IMG/VR virus record: IMGVR_UViG_2718218131_000002
Direction: 5' to 3' (one strand)
DNA from: a virus
Lineage: Duplodnaviria; Heunggongvirae; Uroviricota; Caudoviricetes
Length of the DNA stretch: 64,000 nucleotides
The notes under the pieces are model-generated. The model was not told where the DNA came from and searched no databases. It saw nothing but the letters and a program-made list of their open reading frames with translations. Position 1 is the stretch's first letter. Each line of letters begins with the position of its first letter. Positions 55,054-63,980 of this stretch are shown piece after piece. Made by a program: the position numbers and the translations under genes.

Positions 55054-55427
55054 TTTTTTTCGTGTTTTTTCAGTATGCGCATACTGGATAAGTGCACAGA
55101 TACAACGTGAAACAATACGCAACAACGTGAAACAACCACGAACAAGAGGCCAAAAAGTATACAGATTTATAAGTTGCTGATTTTTAATGATCAACTGGTT
55201 TTTTATACATTAGCGAATAACGCTTTAAATAGTGAGAAAAAAGGCATAAAACGAGATTTTATGCCTTTGCATAACACTGAATTAAAATATATTTTATTAA
55301 AATAACCCCGTTTCTGTAAAATACCCGCCACCAACATTTGCCAACTCTGAATCACCCTGACACAATCAGACACATCCCAACGCAATAGAACACGAAATAA
55401 CTCTTTAAGAAACGAAAGGGGGCAATA

Positions 55428-55616
55428 GTGTTAAGCACTGATCGGTTTATACGTGAAAAAGAATGCGAAAAGCTAACAGGCCTTAGCCGCTCATGCCGCT
55501 ACCGCCTGGAAAAGGCCGGACAATTCCCATCACGGCGTAAGCTGGGCGGTCGTTCCGTTGGCTGGTCTTTATCCGAAGTTCTGGCATGGAAGGACAGCTG
55601 CGAGGCAGTTCACTAA
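55428..55616 (+). CDS. alpA: AlpA-family phage regulatory protein (excisionase-like HTH)
   Basis: 62 aa LTGLSRSCRYRLEKAGQFPSRRKLGGRSVGWSLSEVLAW. Confidence 0.55.
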   Translation: MLSTDRFIREKECEKLTGLSRSCRYRLEKAGQFPSRRKLGGRSVGWSLSEVLAWKDSCEAVH

Positions 55617-55943
55617 TCAGGCTGGCGGCACACAGCCGCCACGCATCCACTAATACAGAGATCTAACCATGAATACTGGATATACGCCCGAACAGGGGCG
55701 GGGCTTCGTTCGGCCTGGTGAAACTGAAAAACAACAAAATCGCGGTTTTTCAGACATAAAAAAAGCGGCCCCGATAAGGAGCCGCCTTTCTGAACAATTA
55801 ACCTACTGCGCAAAAAATGAATCTGAGCAGGGGAATTATATCAGCCAGGTGACGAAGCGCCACAATTGCCGGATAACGGGCAAAGAAAAGGCCACCTGTC
55901 ACGGTGGCCAATGTGATCAGTGTGGTGGTTTGCTGGTGGATTG

Positions 55944-56123
55944 TCAGCCTTTTGGCACAATACCGCGCTGTTGTAATTCTTTACGGATTATTCGCTTTAT
56001 CCAGGCAGCAAGAGAATCATCGCCGTCCTGTTGTTGTGCTTTTTCCATCTTTTCCCGTAAGTCAGGATCTAAACGAAACTGGAACGGAGGATTACCACGC
56101 CTTTCGTTTTTGTGTGTTGACAC
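55944..56123 (-). CDS. Ribbon-helix-helix small DNA-binding protein (unlisted 59-aa ORF, GTG start)
   Basis: NPPFQFRLDPDLREKMEKAQQQDGDDSLAAWIKRIIRKEL; GAGGTG ribosome-binding site upstream. Confidence 0.4.
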   Translation of the reverse strand: MSTHKNERRGNPPFQFRLDPDLREKMEKAQQQDGDDSLAAWIKRIIRKELQQRGIVPKG

Positions 56124-56630
56124 GTTAATTACACCTCATGTAATGTATTTATGTGTAGTGACACATTACACACAATCAGCACAAAAAGCAAAGCCCCGCA
56201 AGTGTCGTTACCACTGGCAGGGCTTATAACCACAAACCGTTATGAGAGGTAGTTTTATGGCTGTAAGACAGCATACCCCACGCCTAGCGCACACACAAAC
56301 GGCCTTTGTGTGGCGTAATCGATTTCATGATTTCACTTTTCACAATCAGCCAGGCGGTCGGTTTTTGCCGGATTTAAGCCGCCGTGGGTATTTATCGACA
56401 AAATCTTCAAGGGCAAATTTTTCTGGTGGCACTAAGCGCGGCGCTGGTGGTGGTATTTTTGTTCTGGTTAGTTCTTCCTCAAGTCTGGCGCAGGCTTCTG
56501 ACTGCCTTTGCCGGATGATTTCATCATCTTGCGTTTGCGTGTCTTGTATTGGTGATAGTGTGTTGTTGGTCATGATACTGCCCTGTAAAGCAATGCGCCG
56601 TAGTACCTCACACCACGGCGCTAGTGATGG

Positions 56631-56810
56631 TTACTCCTGCTCTTTGGCCTTCCTGCGCTGGCGGCGTTTGATCTCGCCTTGCATTGACGCAATGATGAAT
56701 TGTGATGTGCTTTCGCCTGATTCTTTCACTAATTCCATGGCGTTTACTATTTCGTGTGGTACACGAGCCTTTAGAGCTTGTGATTTTGCGTTTGTTGTAC
56801 CCGTTGCCAT
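56631..56810 (-). CDS. Ribbon-helix-helix-like small protein (59 aa)
   Basis: MATGTTNAKSQALKARVPHEIVNAMELVKESGESTSQFIIASMQGEIKRRQRRK; AGAGGA ribosome-binding site. Confidence 0.4.
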   Translation of the reverse strand: MATGTTNAKSQALKARVPHEIVNAMELVKESGESTSQFIIASMQGEIKRRQRRKAKEQE

Positions 56811-57005
56811 TTCTATTCCTCTGTTGGATTGGTGGGGGACAGTATACACAGAAAAAGCACAAATAAAACCCTTGACGTGGACCACACCTAAAGAATATAG
56901 TGGGCCACACCTTAAGGTTGTCAAGGTGCATAAATGCAAAGCCCCGCAAGTGTCGTTACCACTCGCAGGGCTTATAACCACAAACCGTTAACAGGAGTAA
57001 CGATT

Positions 57006-57203
57006 ATGGCTGGAACACAGCATACCCCACGCCTTGCGCACACACAAACCGCCTTTGTGTGGCGTTTTCTGGCACTGAGTGCCGGAGAATCTCAAATTAT
57101 CCACGTGACCGCCTGGACGGAACGCGAAGCGCGTAACCGTTGCCCGTCCGGTTGTGTCGCTGTATTCGCCGCCCGTATTCGTCAGGAGGTGTGCCATGCC
57201 TGA
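57006..57203 (+). CDS. Hypothetical small protein (65 aa) downstream of the second copy of a duplicated leader
   Basis: AGGAG ribosome-binding site; N-terminus MAGTQHTPRLAHTQTAFVWR is shared with a paralogous start at 56257. Confidence 0.3.
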   Translation: MAGTQHTPRLAHTQTAFVWRFLALSAGESQIIHVTAWTEREARNRCPSGCVAVFAARIRQEVCHA

Positions 57204-57516
57204 TATGTCAAATTACCAGTACCTGATTAATCCGCATTTTAACTGTGAGCATGATATTGCTAAAAAGGTTTATTCTGCTGCGGATGAGGCTACTGACAAT
57301 ATATCAATGGCTGTTGCGTCAATTGGTAGCCTGATGTGGTATGCGTCAGAAAATGAGGAATATGACGAAAAGGCTATGCGCATTGACATGGGGAATATTG
57401 GCTTGTTACTGGCAATGCTTGGGCAGTTTGATATTTCGTTACGGTGCACCATTGAAAATGCCACAGATGCATTAAATGCCATAAAGAAAGCGAATACTGA
57501 TTCAAATCGGGGATAA
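57196..57516 (+). CDS. Hypothetical protein (106 aa)
   Basis: Strong AGGAGG ribosome-binding site before ATG (MPDMSNYQYLINPHF...). Confidence 0.4.
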   Translation: MPDMSNYQYLINPHFNCEHDIAKKVYSAADEATDNISMAVASIGSLMWYASENEEYDEKAMRIDMGNIGLLLAMLGQFDISLRCTIENATDALNAIKKANTDSNRG

Positions 57517-57522
57517 ATAATC

Positions 57523-57822
57523 ATGAGAACATATTTATCTGGCTTGACTGCCAGCGGTTATGCACACCCAAAAATTATCCCCGGCGCTATTTATCTGGAT
57601 AAGAACGGTAACAGAGTAACGGTAAAAGAACTGATGTTTGACCGTGTTTATTTTATTCGTGATGGATATTCATTTCTTAGTTCGCTGAACGTGGAGATCT
57701 TTATTTGCAGATTCCGGCGGGAAATCCCGACTTCCAGAAATAACCATGTGTCACGTGTGGATGTGGATAAAAAACTACAGGAACTGAAAAACATGATTGC
57801 CGCGTGGAGAGAGCAGAAATGA
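57523..57822 (+). CDS. Hypothetical protein (99 aa)
   Basis: ORF tightly packed between the neighbouring genes; overlaps the primase start. Confidence 0.35.
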   Translation: MRTYLSGLTASGYAHPKIIPGAIYLDKNGNRVTVKELMFDRVYFIRDGYSFLSSLNVEIFICRFRREIPTSRNNHVSRVDVDKKLQELKNMIAAWREQK

Positions 57823-59636
57823 AAAAAGCGCCAAATTTAAAACACCAGCCGCGTGACAAAATGACGGAAGTCATCATTTTTGCGGGTAGTGATGCGTGGG
57901 CACATGCGAAGCAGTGGCAGGAACAGGACGGGCGACTGGCTGGCGATAACGTGCCACCTGTCTGTCTTGGAGAGCAACAACTTGCCGAACTGGACAACCT
58001 GCAAATCGTACCGGACGGACGCTATCGCGTGCGTCTCTACCAGGCGGGGTTATTGCGTCCGGGGCTTGTTAATACCATCGGGCAGAAACTGGCAGCGGCA
58101 GGTGTCAGGGATGCTGATTATTACCCTGAAGGAATGCACAGCCAGAAACGGGAGAACTGGCGCGAATATCTGGAACGTGAACGGGCAGAGCAGGCGGAAA
58201 AGAAAAAGGTAGTTGAACTGCCTGTAAAGAAAAAAGAGCGGGTAAAAGACGATAACGCTTCATCACTGGCGCTTAACCAGATGGGAGCAAGTCAACGCGG
58301 CGAAGTTCTCCTGGCACATTATGGCGGTGAACTGGCGATTCATGCTGACTCTGACACTGTTCACCATTACAACGGCGTTGTATGGGAGCCAGTACAGGAT
58401 AAAGAATTACAGCGAGCTATGGCACAGATTTTCATTGATGCGGAGATCAGCTATTCGCAGAACGCCATTAAATCGGCGGTCGATACCATGAAGTTAAGTT
58501 TGCCTGTAATGGGGAATACAGCCCGTAACCTGATTGGATTCAGTAACGGGGTATTTGATACCAGAACAGGTAATTTTCGGGAGCATAACAAAAACGACTG
58601 GTTGTTAATTGCCAGTGAATTACCTTTCAGCCCACCAGCAGAGGGGGAAACGCTGGCAACACATGCGCCGAATTTCTGGAAGTGGTTACGCCGTTCGGTG
58701 GCTGAGAATGACCGCAAGGCGGATCGCGTACTGGCTGCATTATTCATGGTGCTGGCGAACCGGTACGACTGGCAGTTATTCATTGAGGTAACAGGTCCAG
58801 GGGGAAGTGGTAAAAGCGTGATGGCGGAGATTTGCACCATGCTGGCGGGTAAGGCTAATACAGTATCAGCGAGCATGAAGGCGCTGGAAGATGCAAGGGA
58901 ACGCGCGTTAGTGGTTGGCTTTTCGCTGATTATCATGCCGGATATGACCCGCTACGCTGGTGATGGGGCGGGAATTAAGGCTATTACAGGCGGTGACAAG
59001 GTGGCAATCGACCCAAAACATAAAGCCCCATATTCAACTCGTATCCCGGCAGTAGTGCTGGCGGTTAACAATAACGCTATGTCATTCAGTGACCGCAGTG
59101 GGGGGATCTCACGTCGTCGGGTGATATTCAATTTTTCGGAAGTTGTACCGGAGAACGAACGTGATCCAATGCTGGCGGAAAAAATAGAAGGTGAGCTGGC
59201 GGTAGTGATTCGCCATCTGCTTACACGGTTTGCTGACCAGGACGAAGCCAGACGCCTGTTATATGAGCAGCAGAAATCTGAAGAAGCACTGGCGATAAAG
59301 CGAGAGGGGGATTCGCTGGTGGACTTCTGCGGCTATCTCATGGCGTCGGTAATGTGTGATGGCCTGTTAGTGGGTAATGCTGAAATTGTGCCATTCAGCC
59401 CACGCAGGTATCTCTATCATGCCTATCTGGCTTATATGAGGGCACATGGGTTTGGTAAACCTGTAACACTGACGCGCTTCGGTAAAGATATGCCGGGGGC
59501 AATGGCGGAATATGGCAGGGAGTATATGAAACGGAAAACGAAGCACGGTTTGCGTTCAAACGTGACACTGACGGAGGAATCAGAAGACTGGATGCCATCA
59601 TGTGTATCGGTCACTAATGACGATAGCAAAAATTAA
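57819..59636 (+). CDS. P4-alpha-type primase/helicase (satellite replication protein)
   Basis: Walker A GPGGSGKS in the C-terminal half; primase-like N-terminal region; followed by TGTTCACC iterons. Confidence 0.8.
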   Translation: MKKAPNLKHQPRDKMTEVIIFAGSDAWAHAKQWQEQDGRLAGDNVPPVCLGEQQLAELDNLQIVPDGRYRVRLYQAGLLRPGLVNTIGQKLAAAGVRDADYYPEGMHSQKRENWREYLERERAEQAEKKKVVELPVKKKERVKDDNASSLALNQMGASQRGEVLLAHYGGELAIHADSDTVHHYNGVVWEPVQDKELQRAMAQIFIDAEISYSQNAIKSAVDTMKLSLPVMGNTARNLIGFSNGVFDTRTGNFREHNKNDWLLIASELPFSPPAEGETLATHAPNFWKWLRRSVAENDRKADRVLAALFMVLANRYDWQLFIEVTGPGGSGKSVMAEICTMLAGKANTVSASMKALEDARERALVVGFSLIIMPDMTRYAGDGAGIKAITGGDKVAIDPKHKAPYSTRIPAVVLAVNNNAMSFSDRSGGISRRRVIFNFSEVVPENERDPMLAEKIEGELAVVIRHLLTRFADQDEARRLLYEQQKSEEALAIKREGDSLVDFCGYLMASVMCDGLLVGNAEIVPFSPRRYLYHAYLAYMRAHGFGKPVTLTRFGKDMPGAMAEYGREYMKRKTKHGLRSNVTLTEESEDWMPSCVSVTNDDSKN

Positions 59637-59647
59637 ACTTATGGAAT

Positions 59648-59880
59648 AACTGTTCACCACTGTTCACCCTGTCATAAATATCTTTTGTATCAGTATGTTA
59701 TAGGGTGAACAGTTATTTATGAACTGTTCACCAAACTATTCACTGTTCACCTTTTTGATTGTTTATTGAGCTTCAAGGGTGAACAGTGGTGAACAGTTGG
59801 TGAATAGTTTTTGTGAAACTGTTCACCCCTTAACATTATGAATTAAAAGATAAAATATCAAAAGGTGAACAGGTGAAGGG
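59648..59880. repeat. Iteron array (replication origin) with at least 8 copies of TGTTCACC / GGTGAACA
   Basis: ACTGTTCACC at 59650 and 59660, inverted copies at 59704 and 59778-59809, further copies to 59879; immediately after the primase gene. Confidence 0.75.
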
Positions 59881-59923
59881 TTAAAACGCAAAAATTTTAA
59901 TTTACTGCTGTGAGATAAAGCCT

Positions 59924-60169
59924 ATGACAGCGAAGCACATAAAAAAATCACAATCGCACGCCCTTGATTTGACGGAACACTGGTTAAGGGTGTCGATAAA
60001 AATCATCGACCGCAACGCCGGGGAAGGATATGCGAAAGCACATCCCGAACTGATTAGCGCATTCATGACAACGGCAGCTGCAAACTTTGCCACGCTGACA
60101 GAACGGGAGATTGCCGAAGCGGAACAGGTGACAACCATCAATGTTAAAACCGGAGAGCAGACAGCATGA
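59924..60169 (+). CDS. Hypothetical protein (81 aa)
   Basis: ORF overlapping the next gene start by 4 nt. Confidence 0.35.
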   Translation: MTAKHIKKSQSHALDLTEHWLRVSIKIIDRNAGEGYAKAHPELISAFMTTAAANFATLTEREIAEAEQVTTINVKTGEQTA

Positions 60170-60588
60170 CAGCACAGATAGCGGCTTACGGGCGGCTGGT
60201 GGCTGACCCGCAGTTAAAGACCACCAGCAAAGGGACACAAATGGCGATGGCGAGTATGGCGGTTCCCCTGCCGTGCAGCCAGGCAGATGACGGAACGGCG
60301 ACGATGTGGTTATCCGTCCTGGCGTTTGGCAGACAGGCCGACGCACTGGCAAAACACCACAAAGGCGAATTGGTGAGCGTGGCGGGTAACATGCAGGTAA
60401 GCCAGTGGACAGGCCAGAACGGCGAAACGCGGCAGGGCTGGCAGGTTATCGCAGACAGTGTAATCAGTGCGCGAACGGCGCGACCGGGCGGCAAAAAAGG
60501 CCAGCAGGGGCAGGCCACTGACGCACTGAACAGGGCAAAACAACAGTCGGGGAATGATGATCCGTACGGCGATAATATACCGTTTTAA
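60166..60588 (+). CDS. Single-stranded-DNA-binding (OB-fold, SSB-like) protein
   Basis: MTAQIAAYGRLVADPQLKTTSKGTQMA...WLSVLAFGRQADALAKHHKGELVSVAGNMQVSQW has an SSB-like pattern; Gly/Gln-rich acidic tail ending DDPYGDNIPF. Confidence 0.5.
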   Translation: MTAQIAAYGRLVADPQLKTTSKGTQMAMASMAVPLPCSQADDGTATMWLSVLAFGRQADALAKHHKGELVSVAGNMQVSQWTGQNGETRQGWQVIADSVISARTARPGGKKGQQGQATDALNRAKQQSGNDDPYGDNIPF

Positions 60589-60800
60589 ATTCTGCAAACA
60601 AAAAGATGCCGGAAAAAAAATAGATTTTCCGGCATGCTACATAAATCCCGACCAAAGGAAGTAAATACATTAACACGAATTATCAGCACTGAAGTTGTCA
60701 CGGCATATTTTATACAACATTGCACTTGGTTGCATGTATTCGCATAGCAGACATCGGTAATAGAATATATTCACAATTATTTGTAATGAATGTAAAGAGG

Positions 60801-61847
60801 ATGAGTATGGTTGACTTATATTCGCCTACACAGCTTGTGCAGGTGGCTAATGCTGAAGATGTGCAAAAAAAATTAAATGCGTTGTTTACCAGTTTGTTTT
60901 TCACTCGCTCGGTAATGTTTGAATCGAGAGACATTATTCTTGATACGATCGACGATCCAAATATCCCGATCGCGGCGTTTTGCTCTCCTATGGTGGGCAG
61001 TAAAGTTTCACGAGATGAGGGATACGAATCAAAAACAATTCGCCCTGGCTATATGAAACCGAAAAGCAGCATTGATCCAAATAAGTTAGCTGTGCGCCCT
61101 GCTGGTGTATCACCTGAGCAATACAATGCTTTTGGAGCGCGTAATATTAAAGTTAAACAGGCGATTGTAAATCAGGCTAAAGCTATTCGTGCACGTATTG
61201 AATGGCTTGCCGTTCAGGCAATCACAACGGGGAAAAATATCATTGAGGGCGATGGCATTGAACGTTATGAACTGGACTGGAATATAAAACCACAAAATAT
61301 TATCACGCAGTCCGGCGGTGCTGAGTGGTCAGGTAAGGATAAAGAAACTTTTGATCCAAATGATGATATTGAGAGCTACGCAGAATTTAGTGAGGGCGTC
61401 ACTAATATCATCATTATGGGCGGTAATGTATGGAAGAAATACCGTTCATTCAGAGCGATAAAAGAGGCTCTGGATACCCGTCGTGGTTCTAATTCCGAAC
61501 TGGAAACGGCCCTTAAAGACCTTGGTGATTCGGTGAGTTTTAAAGGGTATATGGGCGATGTTGCGATTGTTGTATACAGCGGGCGTTATACCGACGAGGA
61601 CGGAACTGAAAAACATTTCCTTGATCCTGATTTGATGGTGCTTGGCAATACGGCTCTTCAGGGGATTGTCGCCTATGGCGGTATTCAGGATCCGGAGCTA
61701 ATCCGAATGGGGCTGACTAAAGCCGAACTTGCACCGAAAAACTATATTGTGCCTGGTGATCCGGCTATTGAATATGTGCAGACACATTCAGCACCACAGC
61801 CAATACCGGCCCGCATCAATCGTTTTGTTACCGTTCGCATTGGCTAA
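60801..61847 (+). CDS. Major capsid protein homologous to lambda E, carried by the satellite
   Basis: 348 aa starting MSMVDLYSP; conserved blocks TQSGGAEWSGKDKETFDPNDDIESYA and TRRGSNSELETALKDLGDSVSFKGYMGDVAIVVYSGRY parallel lambda E. Confidence 0.8.
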   Translation: MSMVDLYSPTQLVQVANAEDVQKKLNALFTSLFFTRSVMFESRDIILDTIDDPNIPIAAFCSPMVGSKVSRDEGYESKTIRPGYMKPKSSIDPNKLAVRPAGVSPEQYNAFGARNIKVKQAIVNQAKAIRARIEWLAVQAITTGKNIIEGDGIERYELDWNIKPQNIITQSGGAEWSGKDKETFDPNDDIESYAEFSEGVTNIIIMGGNVWKKYRSFRAIKEALDTRRGSNSELETALKDLGDSVSFKGYMGDVAIVVYSGRYTDEDGTEKHFLDPDLMVLGNTALQGIVAYGGIQDPELIRMGLTKAELAPKNYIVPGDPAIEYVQTHSAPQPIPARINRFVTVRIG

Positions 61848-61856
61848 GGGGGAGCA

Positions 61857-62198
61857 ATGGCTACTCATTACACTGAACTCATGGCTGGCACTGAAGCACT
61901 GGTGACTACGCTGGGGATATTTTCAGCTAATAAAGGGGTAATTCCTGCATTTACGCCACTGATGCAGGAAGATGCAACAGGTGCACTGGTGGTATGGGAT
62001 GGTTCGAGCGTAGGTAAAGCGGTTTATGTTTCCGCTGTACAAATCGACACCGCGAAAAAAACACAGGCTCAGGTCTATAAGACAGGTGTCTTAAATGTTG
62101 ATGCTCTGAACTGGCCTGAGTCTGTAAAAGAACTGTCAGTAAAGATTGCAGCGTTTGTTGGCTCAGGTATTTCTGTTCAGCCGCTGGCTCGTGTGTAA
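61857..62198 (+). CDS. Head decoration protein homologous to lambda D
   Basis: 113 aa; FTPLMQEDATGALVVWDGSSVGKAVYVSAVQ...AAFVGSGISV parallels lambda D (TPLMLDT...[17 protein letters not shown]...[10 protein letters not shown]). Confidence 0.7.
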   Translation: MATHYTELMAGTEALVTTLGIFSANKGVIPAFTPLMQEDATGALVVWDGSSVGKAVYVSAVQIDTAKKTQAQVYKTGVLNVDALNWPESVKELSVKIAAFVGSGISVQPLARV

Positions 62199-62209
62199 AG
62201 GGGGATACA

Positions 62210-62593
62210 ATGCAGAATCATTACAATGACCTTAAGCCAATTGCCGAAATGATGTATCCGGATCCAGCAGTAGAGGAATTAAAGGCTATTGCTGACAAAA
62301 TGCGTTTAAGTGAACGCCTTGTTGATATGAATCAGGTGATGGAACTTACTACCCTTAGCCGTCGCACATTGCTAAACCTTGAGGCTCGCGGAGAGTTCCC
62401 CGAACGCGTACAGGTTACGGAAGGGCGTAAGGCCTGGTATTTAAGTGAAGTGATCGACTGGATAAACAATATTCCTCGATCTTCTGAATATTGCCGCGTA
62501 CCTGTCCCAAAAAAGCCAGATGCGGCGCTATGCCTCAAGATTGAGCGTGTACGTCGCAATGCACGGGATGGTCGCTATAAGTTGATTGGTTGA
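62210..62593 (+). CDS. Hypothetical protein with AlpA/MerR-like HTH in its C-terminal half
   Basis: LTTLSRRTLLNLEARGEFPERVQVTEGRKAWYLSEVIDWI. Confidence 0.4.
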   Translation: MQNHYNDLKPIAEMMYPDPAVEELKAIADKMRLSERLVDMNQVMELTTLSRRTLLNLEARGEFPERVQVTEGRKAWYLSEVIDWINNIPRSSEYCRVPVPKKPDAALCLKIERVRRNARDGRYKLIG

Positions 62594-62649
62594 TGAAATT
62601 AGGGCCCGTTCTGGCTGGCGGGTCCTTTCCGGCGATCCGGTAGGCTACG

Positions 62650-62661
62650 GGGCGGCGACCT
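62650..62661. other. cosN-like site of the satellite
   Basis: GCGGGTCCTTTCCGGCGATCCGG...ACGGGGCGGCGACCT...GTTTTCGCTATTTATGA closely matches the prophage cos at 21650-21720, then diverges. Confidence 0.65.
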
Positions 62662-62794
62662 TGCGCGTTTTCGCTATTTATGAGCCTTTTTCGGGTGCTG
62701 GTGGTGGTTTTGTTGTTCGCTCTATCTCTATGAATAAAAAGGAAAAGATAAAACCAATACACCAACCTGAAACATTACTTAAGTGGGGATATTG

Positions 62795-63337
62795 ATGAAA
62801 TCGTACCTGATGAACAAAAAAAACATGGCGCAAAGCTGCCGTGTAAGTGCGACAGCGTTCGACAAGTGGGGAGTGACTCCCGTTGAACGTAAAGGCCGCG
62901 AGGCGTTTTATGATGTTGCCAGCGTAATAGACAATCGGGTTAGCAATGCAATTAACCAGATTACAGACGACAAAGGCGAGATTGATAATGATGAACTTTT
63001 ACGAGTCAGGATCAGATTACTGACAGCACAGGCGGAGGCGCAGGAACTTAAAAACGAGCGCGATCGCGGTGACGTGATTGATACAGAGTTTTGCATGTAC
63101 GCGCTTTCAAAACTGGCGAGTCAGATTTCATCAATCATGGACAGCCTCCCGCTTACTATGCAAAGGAGCTTCCCACAGATGGCCCCCGCCATGCTGGATG
63201 GCCTGAAAAAAGAAGTTGTCAGAGCCTGTAACGCATGCACAAAACTTGATGAAAACATCCCGCGAATACTGTCCGATTATCTGATGGAAACTACCGGAAA
63301 TGTGCCTGATAAGTTTCAGCCGGATAAAGACAAGTAA
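62795..63337 (+). CDS. Nu1-like terminase small subunit encoded by the satellite
   Basis: C-terminal two-thirds parallel lambda Nu1 (LTAQAEAQELKNERDRGDVIDTEFCMYALSKLASQISSIMDSLPLTMQRSFP); N-terminal DNA-binding part divergent. Confidence 0.7.
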   Translation: MKSYLMNKKNMAQSCRVSATAFDKWGVTPVERKGREAFYDVASVIDNRVSNAINQITDDKGEIDNDELLRVRIRLLTAQAEAQELKNERDRGDVIDTEFCMYALSKLASQISSIMDSLPLTMQRSFPQMAPAMLDGLKKEVVRACNACTKLDENIPRILSDYLMETTGNVPDKFQPDKDK

Positions 63338-63348
63338 CGTAGCGCACA

Positions 63349-63630
63349 ATGACAGAAGCCGAACTACTGGGATTAATCCGCCGTGTTACCGGAATCAGCC
63401 AGCAGCATGACGAACAGGCCACGCAGCCGGACAGCGTGATCGCCGAAAATTACGTGCGTGTTGTTGCTGATGTAATGCGCCGTGATGGTATTGAGTTTAA
63501 CGGCGTGGATATGCGCGACATACGAATCAGAGTACTAGAGTTGCTGGCATACCGTCGACGCGTGGCGATGTATCAGGAGAGCGCGAAAAACACTTATCAG
63601 TGGAAGAAGCCGGAACGGCTGCGGCGGTAA
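63349..63630 (+). CDS. Hypothetical protein (93 aa)
   Basis: ORF following the Nu1-like gene where lambda would have terminase A; far too short to be a large terminase. Confidence 0.35.
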   Translation: MTEAELLGLIRRVTGISQQHDEQATQPDSVIAENYVRVVADVMRRDGIEFNGVDMRDIRIRVLELLAYRRRVAMYQESAKNTYQWKKPERLRR

Positions 63631-63639
63631 CTTGCTGAT

Positions 63640-63980
63640 ATTCCCGATAACGCAAAATTGCGTTGGCTGGCAAAGTGCAAAATTGCACGATGGCCTAACC
63701 CATTGATTATTTCGAAAACCTGCAATGCAGGAAATCGGGGAAGTAAGCCTAAGCTATTGATTCTTTCGGAAACCTCAATTTGAGGAAGTCGGCGCGGTAA
63801 CTCGCTGAACTTAAAGCAAAGCTCAAAATTGAGCTGGCTGAATAATCATTATGATTACGCAGATGATTAAGGAATGACCGAAGGCGGAAATTCGCCTGTG
63901 GTTGATGGGGGAGTTGCAGATCTGCAACTCGACCATGAAACTACGGAAACTACCCGTAGTTTGGGTAGTAAGAGTAACAC
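63640..63980. repeat. Array of short hairpin-forming palindromes with an A/T core (N3-5 AAAATT N3-5 type) embedded in longer direct repeats
   Basis: CGCAAAATTGCG, GCAAAATTGC, GCTCAAAATTGAGC, CCTCAATTTGAGG, GGCGGAAATTCGCC, TTGCAGATCTGCAA, CTACGGAAACTACCCGTAG; units GCAAAG..CAAAATTG..CTGGC recur three times. Confidence 0.5.

Noticed and set aside
56242-56991. 249-aa plus-strand ORF in the satellite
   Set aside because: Low-complexity translation that overlaps two better-supported minus-strand small genes with ribosome-binding sites; only its first 20 or so codons (the duplicated MA..QHTPRLAHTQTAFVWR start) may be real.
59648-59880. Possible CRISPR array
   Set aside because: The repeats are 8-bp TGTTCACC units in both orientations with irregular spacing and no spacer/repeat periodicity; they fit replication iterons next to a primase gene.
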